Part shown: positions 57,917-63,577 of the stretch, piece by piece
How the letters are laid out: the number at the start of each line of letters is the position of its first letter
Numbering within the stretch: the first letter of the stretch is position 1
From: Candidatus Thalassarchaeum betae
Lineage (GTDB): Archaea > Thermoplasmatota > Poseidoniia > Poseidoniales > Thalassarchaeaceae
NCBI GenBank assembly: GCA_003193925.1
Contig: PSPG01000009.1
Span: forward strand, 1-63,577
Direction of reading: 5' to 3'
DNA length: 63,577 nucleotides
The notes under the pieces: model-generated
The model's database searches: none
Told to the model about the DNA's origin: nothing
The model's input: only the letters and a program-made list of their open reading frames with translations
Translations under genes and position numbers: made by a program

Positions 57917-58777
57917 ATGGCTGTCGTGAGCGCAGATATCTTCGACGGCAAAGCGCTCGGGCGCAGGCTCGAAGAGGGGTTGTCCGACCGTGTCTCTGCA
58001 CTGGGCGAGCGAGGCGTCACCCCGCACCTCGCCGTGGTCATCGCAGGGGATGATCATGCGAGTCACGTCTACGTCCGCAACAAGCAGATGGCATGTGAGA
58101 GGTGCGGTATCTCCAGCACGCGCATCGATCTGCCCGCGACCGCAACTCAGGAGGACATCTTAGGCATCGTAGCCGAGATGAACGCCGACGACTCGGTTCA
58201 CGGGATACTGGTCCAGAGCCCGGCACCCGAGGGTGTCGACGAGTTGGCCATCGCCGAGGCGATCGACCCGGCCAAAGACGTCGACGGCTTCCACCCTAGG
58301 AACCTAGGAAAACTGGTGCAGGGAGTCTCTGACGGGCTTCTGCCATGCACTCCCGCGGGTGTGATGAGAATGCTGGAGGAGAGCGGTGTGGAGCTCAGTG
58401 GCGCGAAGGCGGTGGTTCTTGGACGCTCACGCATCATCGGGATGCCGATGGCGCTGATGCTGGCCCAGCGCGGCGTCGACTCCACAGTCACAATCGCCCA
58501 CTCCAAGACCCACGATACTGCCGCGTTGTGCCGTGAGGCGGACATCGTTGTTGCAGCGATTGGTCGGCCGCACACCGTGAAGTCCGATTGGATCAAACCG
58601 GGCGCTGTCGTTGTCGATGTCGGAATCTCCAGAGTCGATGGCGGGGGCCTCGCAGGTGATGTTGACCCGGGTGTGGCTGAGGTTGCGGGCTGGCTGACGC
58701 CGGTGCCGGGTGGGGTCGGCCCGATGACCATCGCGATGCTGATGTCAAACACGGTCAGGGCCGCTGAGATGTCCTAG
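57917..58777 (+). CDS. folD: Bifunctional methylene-THF dehydrogenase/cyclohydrolase
   Basis: YVRNK, HGILVQ, KDVDGFHP, PCTPAG, GRSRIIG, TPVPGGVGPMT. Start may instead be GTG 57926. Confidence 0.96.
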   Translation: MAVVSADIFDGKALGRRLEEGLSDRVSALGERGVTPHLAVVIAGDDHASHVYVRNKQMACERCGISSTRIDLPATATQEDILGIVAEMNADDSVHGILVQSPAPEGVDELAIAEAIDPAKDVDGFHPRNLGKLVQGVSDGLLPCTPAGVMRMLEESGVELSGAKAVVLGRSRIIGMPMALMLAQRGVDSTVTIAHSKTHDTAALCREADIVVAAIGRPHTVKSDWIKPGAVVVDVGISRVDGGGLAGDVDPGVAEVAGWLTPVPGGVGPMTIAMLMSNTVRAAEMS

Positions 58778-59091
58778 AAGATACCCAAATCCATCTGAGC
58801 GTCCTCGGATGCGTGCACCCTTGGATCCCATGGGGGGGAGAACGTGAGGTTGACGTGGACACTCTCGACGCCCTCGGTCGCGAGAGCTGACCGATGTACT
58901 GCGGCCATGATCTCTGGTGCAACCGGGCAACCTGGACTCGTCAAGGTCATGTCGATCTCTGCGTGGGTCCCATCGTCATTCTCCTCGACCCTGATGCCGT
59001 AAATCAGCCCTAGCTCGATTACAGAGAGTTTCATCTCGGGGTCCTCGACATCCTTCAGCGAGTCTATGATATCGGATTCGTGCACCATCAC
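58774..59091 (-). CDS. Metal-sulfur cluster assembly factor (DUF59/SufT-like)
   Basis: DPEM..S..ELGLIY, MTLTSPGCP, F.PPW. Confidence 0.9.
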   Translation of the reverse strand: MMVHESDIIDSLKDVEDPEMKLSVIELGLIYGIRVEENDDGTHAEIDMTLTSPGCPVAPEIMAAVHRSALATEGVESVHVNLTFSPPWDPRVHASEDAQMDLGIF

Positions 59092-59097
59092 AGCACC

Positions 59098-59526
59098 TCA
59101 CAGGAGCAGGGCCGCCTCCTCGCGGACCCGCTTGAACATGTTCAGGAAGCCATTTGCCCTGCTCGGGGTCAGGGAGGAGCGGATACCCATCGAGTCGGCG
59201 TAGTCCGGCTCCAAGTCGGCCACTTCCGCGGGATTCATCCCGTTGACCGCCATCGCAGTCACAGCCATCAGGCCCTGGACTATCTGTGCATCAGCCCCGC
59301 CTCGGAGGATGAAGCCTCCTTCCCCGTCAACATAGCAGATCACGTGGGCCCGAGACTGACAGCCGTGGATCTGGTTGTCGTCGGTCCACTCCTCGACGGG
59401 GAGTGGGGTCGGATGCCGCTTGGCGTACTCGAAGAGCAACTCGTAGCGCTCCATCGCATCGAAGCACTCCTGGAACTCCTCGACCACGTCGTCGAGGTGC
59501 GCAGGCCACTTCCTGCCTTCCAACAT
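59098..59526 (-). CDS. sufE: Fe-S sulfur transfer protein SufE
   Basis: RYELL, IHGCQS, DAQIVQGL, SLTPSRANG. Confidence 0.92.
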   Translation of the reverse strand: MLEGRKWPAHLDDVVEEFQECFDAMERYELLFEYAKRHPTPLPVEEWTDDNQIHGCQSRAHVICYVDGEGGFILRGGADAQIVQGLMAVTAMAVNGMNPAEVADLEPDYADSMGIRSSLTPSRANGFLNMFKRVREEAALLL

Positions 59527-59571
59527 GGTGATGCGTCCTAGCGCCCCGCCTTGAACATGACTAGATGGTAA

Positions 59572-60798
59572 TCACGAGAAGCGCTCTACCAGGTGCTGTA
59601 GGTACTCGACGAAGGCCTCTGCCTCGTCCATCGTGTTGTAAATCCAGAACGAGGCGCGGTTCGTCGAGGGCACGCCGAGCGCGTCCATCAGAGGCTGGGC
59701 GCAGTGGTGTCCGGTCCTGACTGCGAAGCCCCCCTCGTCCAGCAGAAGCGCGAGGTCCAGCGACTGGATGCTCTCGTGCAGGAACGAGACCGCCCCGCTG
59801 CTGTCCTCCCTCTCTGGCTCGCCGTAGATACGGATTCCTGGAATCTCACGCATCTGCGCCGCTGTCCATGAGGCTACGTGGTTGATGTGCTCGTGCACCT
59901 CCCTCATGTCGAACTGGTCCAGCCACTCGACGGCCGCCCCCCATCCAATCGCCTCGGCGATCCTGGGCGTGCCGGTCTCGAACCTCGCATGGCCTTCCTG
60001 GAAGGTGCTGCCCTCGGTACTGACTGACTTGATTACGAGACCGCCTGTCAGGAACGGGCCCATCTGCTCCATCGCATCGGACTTTGCCAAGAGACATCCG
60101 ATACCAGTGGGGCCGGCCATCTTGTGCGCCGATATAGCGACGAAGTCAGCCCCCAGTTGATCGAAGTTGACCCTTTCGTGCGGAGCACCCTGCGCACAGT
60201 CCAGAAGGACTCTCGCTCCAGCGGCGTGCGACATCTCGATGATGTCCTCGATGGGGTTCCGGACTCCCAGCACGTTGCTGGTGTGCACCACGCACACGAG
60301 CGATGCGTCGGCGACCGCTACCTCCAAGGCATCCATGTCCAGAGTGAACGACTCGATGTCAATCGGGACGTATCTGACCTCGATGCCCCTCTCGATGGAG
60401 AGTTGCTGCCAAGGGACGATATCGGCATGGTGCTCCATCTCCGTCAGTACGATGACATCGCCCTCGCCGAGGTTCTCACGAGCCCATGCATATGCTACGA
60501 GGTTGATCGCCTCGGTCGCCCCGCTGGTGTAGATCAACCTGTCGGGCGAGGTACCGAAGTACGTGGCAATGAGCGCACGGGCGTTCTCGAGCGCGGTCGT
60601 CGCCTCGTCTGCCAGAGTGTGATTCGAGCGGTGCGCGTTGGAGTTGTACTCCTCGTAGTAGTGGGTCATGGCGTCGATGACGCACTGCGGCTTCTGCGAA
60701 GTCGCTGCATTGTCGAAGTAGACCAGTTGCTTGCCATTCGGCAGGCGACGCTTGAGAATAGGGAAATCAGCTCGTATCGCCTCGATATCCAAAGCCAT
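59572..60798 (-). CDS. sufS: Cysteine desulfurase (class II)
   Basis: YFDNAATSQKP, EMEHHA, SAHKM.GPTG, FETGTP, RTGHHCAQP. Confidence 0.95.
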   Translation of the reverse strand: MALDIEAIRADFPILKRRLPNGKQLVYFDNAATSQKPQCVIDAMTHYYEEYNSNAHRSNHTLADEATTALENARALIATYFGTSPDRLIYTSGATEAINLVAYAWARENLGEGDVIVLTEMEHHADIVPWQQLSIERGIEVRYVPIDIESFTLDMDALEVAVADASLVCVVHTSNVLGVRNPIEDIIEMSHAAGARVLLDCAQGAPHERVNFDQLGADFVAISAHKMAGPTGIGCLLAKSDAMEQMGPFLTGGLVIKSVSTEGSTFQEGHARFETGTPRIAEAIGWGAAVEWLDQFDMREVHEHINHVASWTAAQMREIPGIRIYGEPEREDSSGAVSFLHESIQSLDLALLLDEGGFAVRTGHHCAQPLMDALGVPSTNRASFWIYNTMDEAEAFVEYLQHLVERFS

Positions 60799-60909
60799 AG
60801 CCGTTCCTCCTATTCACTCCAATCAACGGCCCGATATCAACTCGCGCACGTGGAAACGAAGCAACCGTGGCAGGGAAATGCAATAACGTGTCGTTTCCTA
60901 CAGACGTAC

Positions 60910-62925
60910 ATGCGCAGGAGCGTCGCAGGCGTACTCCTGAGTTCACTGATGGTGCTTTCCCTGGCGATGCCGGCCGCCGCCCAATCCGAGTCTCCCCCGG
61001 AGTGGTCAGCCGCTGTTTCTGCAGGTGGGTGGTGGGAGGATCAGATCACGGACATAGCCGTGGACCCCTCCTCGGGCGACATCTTCGTCGTAGGGGCGTT
61101 TCACTACGACATGTACCTCGGTCCGTTCTACCTGACCTCGGTCCAGCACGCCACCGCAGGCAACACCAGCGACATCTTCGTCGCCAAGCTGTCCGGCTCG
61201 GAGTGGAAGTGGGCGGTCTCGGCGGGCGGCGAGGACTACGACTGGGCGAGTTCGATAGCCGTCGATTCGTCCGGTGATGCCTACATCACTGGCGGATTCC
61301 GGTCGAACAACTCCACCTTCGACCCGTTCGTGCTGACGAACGCTGACCATACCCCGCGGGTCTGGGGGCAGTCGGAGCCGACTTCCGACGGCTTCGTCGC
61401 CAAGATCGACGCGGAGGGCTCCTGGCAGTGGGCCGAGCGGATATCCGGCAATATGACCGATGAGGGCTCGCAGGTCTCGGTCGGACCGAATGACCAGATT
61501 GTGGTATCTGGTGTGTTCAGCTCGACCGCCATCCAGTTCGGCGGAGGCAAGTCGTTGACCAACACAGGCAGCCCGAGCAGCACGGACATCTTCGTCATCA
61601 AGTTCGACTCGAACGGGACTCACCTCTGGGACGCCCAGGTGATGGGCTGGGGTAACGAGGTCGTCACCGGGATGGCTATCCACGGGTACGGCGACGTCAT
61701 GCTCACCGGTTACTTCACCGATCAGGCAGCTTACTTCACTCCACACAAAGCCGCCAACTCGAAAACTGGCCACTCAGAGGCCTTCGTCGCGAGGCTCTCG
61801 CCCTCGGGGTTCTGGTCATGGGTCATCGCGGCCGGAGGGGGTGGTGGCGACGAGGGGAAAGGGATTGATGTCGATTCCAATGGCAACTCGTACGTCATCG
61901 GGCGCTTCAGCTCGGATGCCATCGAGTTCAGGGATGCTGACAACAACACGAGCACGAAAGTGGTCAACACGGTCCAGACAGGGTCCACGGACGTCTTCGT
62001 CGCCAAGGTCGACGGCGCGGGCAACTGGCTGTGGGCCGTCGGCATCGAGGGTGATGGCACGGATTATGCGGGCGGCATCACTGTCGTCGACGATGGCGCG
62101 GTAGTCGCCGGAGGCTTCTACTCGCTGAACTACGTGTTCGGCTCGACCACGCTCCAGCACTCTGCTGCCGCCGCGCACGCTGACATGTACGTGGCGGGAA
62201 TCTCTGAGAACGGCACCTGGAACTGGGCAATCTCCGGGGGCATGGCGGGGTGGCCCGAGTACTTCGCGCTGGAGCACCACGACGGCTCGATCCACGTCGC
62301 AGGCTCGTTCTCGGTGGGTAAGGCCACCTTGGGCGAGCACGACATGCACAACTGGGACGAGAACAGCTCCTTCCAGTGGCCAGACGCATTCGTCGCTACC
62401 CTCGAGTTCCCCCCTCCCGTGCCCGGTTGCACTGATTCGCTAGCGACCAACTACGACTCGAACGCGGATGTGGACGATGGCTCGTGCGAGTACGCCCCGG
62501 ACACCGATGGGGATGGCATCAGAGACAACGTCGATACTGATGACGATGGCGATGGCCATACTGATGATAGGGAGGAGGCGTGCGGATCGGATCCACTAGA
62601 TCCCCAGTCGGTGCCTTCAGACAACGACGAGGATGGCTTCTGCGACGACTTGGACGATGACGACGATGACGATGGTCTGCTTGACGATGAGGAGGCAGCC
62701 TACGGGGCCGACCCGCTGAATCCTGACTCGGATGGTGACGGCCACATGGACGGGGACGAGGTGGATGGCGGTTACGACCCTATGGACCCCGAAGACTTCG
62801 CTAGGCCACTATGCTGCGGGCCCACTCCCTTCGAATCCCTGTTCACGATGGGCGCCCCCGTGATTGTGCTCCTATTCGTAGCCGTCCTTATCCTGAGAAG
62901 TAGAAAACATCCTGAAAACGAGTGA
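60910..62925 (+). CDS. SBBP-like beta-propeller repeat surface protein with GCTD repeat, TSP3-like repeats and TM anchor
   Basis: Repeated D.FVAK....G.W.WA...GG...D....I.VD..G..Y..G.F. True start ATG 60910; the track start overlaps sufS. Confidence 0.85.
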   Translation: MRRSVAGVLLSSLMVLSLAMPAAAQSESPPEWSAAVSAGGWWEDQITDIAVDPSSGDIFVVGAFHYDMYLGPFYLTSVQHATAGNTSDIFVAKLSGSEWKWAVSAGGEDYDWASSIAVDSSGDAYITGGFRSNNSTFDPFVLTNADHTPRVWGQSEPTSDGFVAKIDAEGSWQWAERISGNMTDEGSQVSVGPNDQIVVSGVFSSTAIQFGGGKSLTNTGSPSSTDIFVIKFDSNGTHLWDAQVMGWGNEVVTGMAIHGYGDVMLTGYFTDQAAYFTPHKAANSKTGHSEAFVARLSPSGFWSWVIAAGGGGGDEGKGIDVDSNGNSYVIGRFSSDAIEFRDADNNTSTKVVNTVQTGSTDVFVAKVDGAGNWLWAVGIEGDGTDYAGGITVVDDGAVVAGGFYSLNYVFGSTTLQHSAAAAHADMYVAGISENGTWNWAISGGMAGWPEYFALEHHDGSIHVAGSFSVGKATLGEHDMHNWDENSSFQWPDAFVATLEFPPPVPGCTDSLATNYDSNADVDDGSCEYAPDTDGDGIRDNVDTDDDGDGHTDDREEACGSDPLDPQSVPSDNDEDGFCDDLDDDDDDDGLLDDEEAAYGADPLNPDSDGDGHMDGDEVDGGYDPMDPEDFARPLCCGPTPFESLFTMGAPVIVLLFVAVLILRSRKHPENE

Positions 62926-62978
62926 TTCGCGCTAATCCTAGGGACATTTATTGCCGTACACCCACGTGCGTCGTGCAC

Positions 62979-63428
62979 ATGGCAGGGCCCACGGGACAGG
63001 ACATGGTCGAGCGGCTGGGCAGCCAAGACCTGAACAGGGACGGGGAAATTATCAATCTCGCAATCGTGGGCTCGAGCAGGTTCTACGACTTCTGGGTCTT
63101 CGAGGATGTGGTCGGTAGATGGGTCGATGAGAACGGCTATCCGGACCTCATCATCGTAGGTGGGGCGAGCGGTGTCGACTACATGGCAGAGCGCTGGGCC
63201 GACAACAACTCGATACCCATCGCCGTGTTCACCGAGGAGTGGGGCGACCCCAACAGGAGCCTGCAGGACAAGGGGCGCGCAGAAGCTCCCAACACTCTCA
63301 CTGCGAAGATCCTGAACGGCGCTTCGCACATCCTGGCGATGCCCTCATCCACTAGCAAATGGACTAGGATAGTGATAGAGCAAGCGGGCGAGCTGGGGAT
63401 CCCCACCGACGTTCACGAAGTCGACTGA
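62979..63428 (+). CDS. SLOG-superfamily (DUF2493/YspA-like) protein
   Basis: LAIVGSSRF.D, IIVGGA.GVD.MAERWA, ILA.P...S.WT...I..A. Start ATG 62979. Confidence 0.75.
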   Translation: MAGPTGQDMVERLGSQDLNRDGEIINLAIVGSSRFYDFWVFEDVVGRWVDENGYPDLIIVGGASGVDYMAERWADNNSIPIAVFTEEWGDPNRSLQDKGRAEAPNTLTAKILNGASHILAMPSSTSKWTRIVIEQAGELGIPTDVHEVD

Positions 63429-63550
63429 TGATGGTGCTCGTGCCGGGAGATGAGCACGTTTCCTCCGGAAACGAAGGGTTCGTTCTCACGAGGACATAGC
63501 CCGGCCACTGACGAACCAACCGTTCAAGGCTGGCACCTCCTGTCAGGGTC

Positions 63551-63577
63551 ATGGGAAAACTCGAATTTATGGGAATA
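63551..63577 (+). CDS. Possible start of a gene truncated by the window edge
   Basis: ATG with an open frame to the end of the window and TTCAA 23 nt upstream, as seen at other starts. Confidence 0.3.

Noticed and set aside
60124-60909. N-terminal 262 aa of the 933 aa track ORF
   Set aside because: Mostly antisense to sufS. The signal peptide starts at ATG 60910.
63425-63475. Hammerhead ribozyme (CTGATGA...GAAA)
   Set aside because: Stem II does not close between CTGATGA and GAAA, and stems I and III are not supported.

Overview
This 63.6 kb, gene-dense, GC-rich window looks like an archaeal chromosome, most likely a Marine Group II euryarchaeote (Ca. Poseidoniales). That assignment is inferred from CarS, AglB, TFB, archaeal-type PheS, split GuaAB, and many PGF-anchored TSP3-repeat surface proteins. 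Housekeeping genes include purD, purE, guaAB, glyA, gcvPA/PB/T, folD, pheS, sufS/E/T, carS and tfb, plus four tRNAs (Ile2-CAT, Asn-GTT, Ala-TGC, Thr-TGT). No integrase, transposase, CRISPR array or rRNA was seen. The ORF track misses a giant (>2260 aa) AglB/STT3 gene running off the left edge. The most interesting parts are: (1) a 13 kb co-oriented block encoding an exported multi-OB-fold protein, a TctA/DUF112 permease, a CD36/scavenger-receptor-like protein, a permuted-PhoX plus phospholipase-D fusion, thymidine phosphorylase and a DUF1624 membrane protein, a candidate surface system for scavenging DNA or phospholipid; (2) a candidate surface copper-enzyme locus with two His1 cupredoxin-like proteins, two His-rich beta-propeller paralogues, SCO1 and a YHYH protein, apparently sharing a centred bidirectional promoter; (3) a recurrent degenerate TATA-like TT(C/G)A(A/T) element about 24-30 nt before start codons, implying leaderless mRNAs. 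All family assignments come from motifs recognised by eye; no database searches were run.
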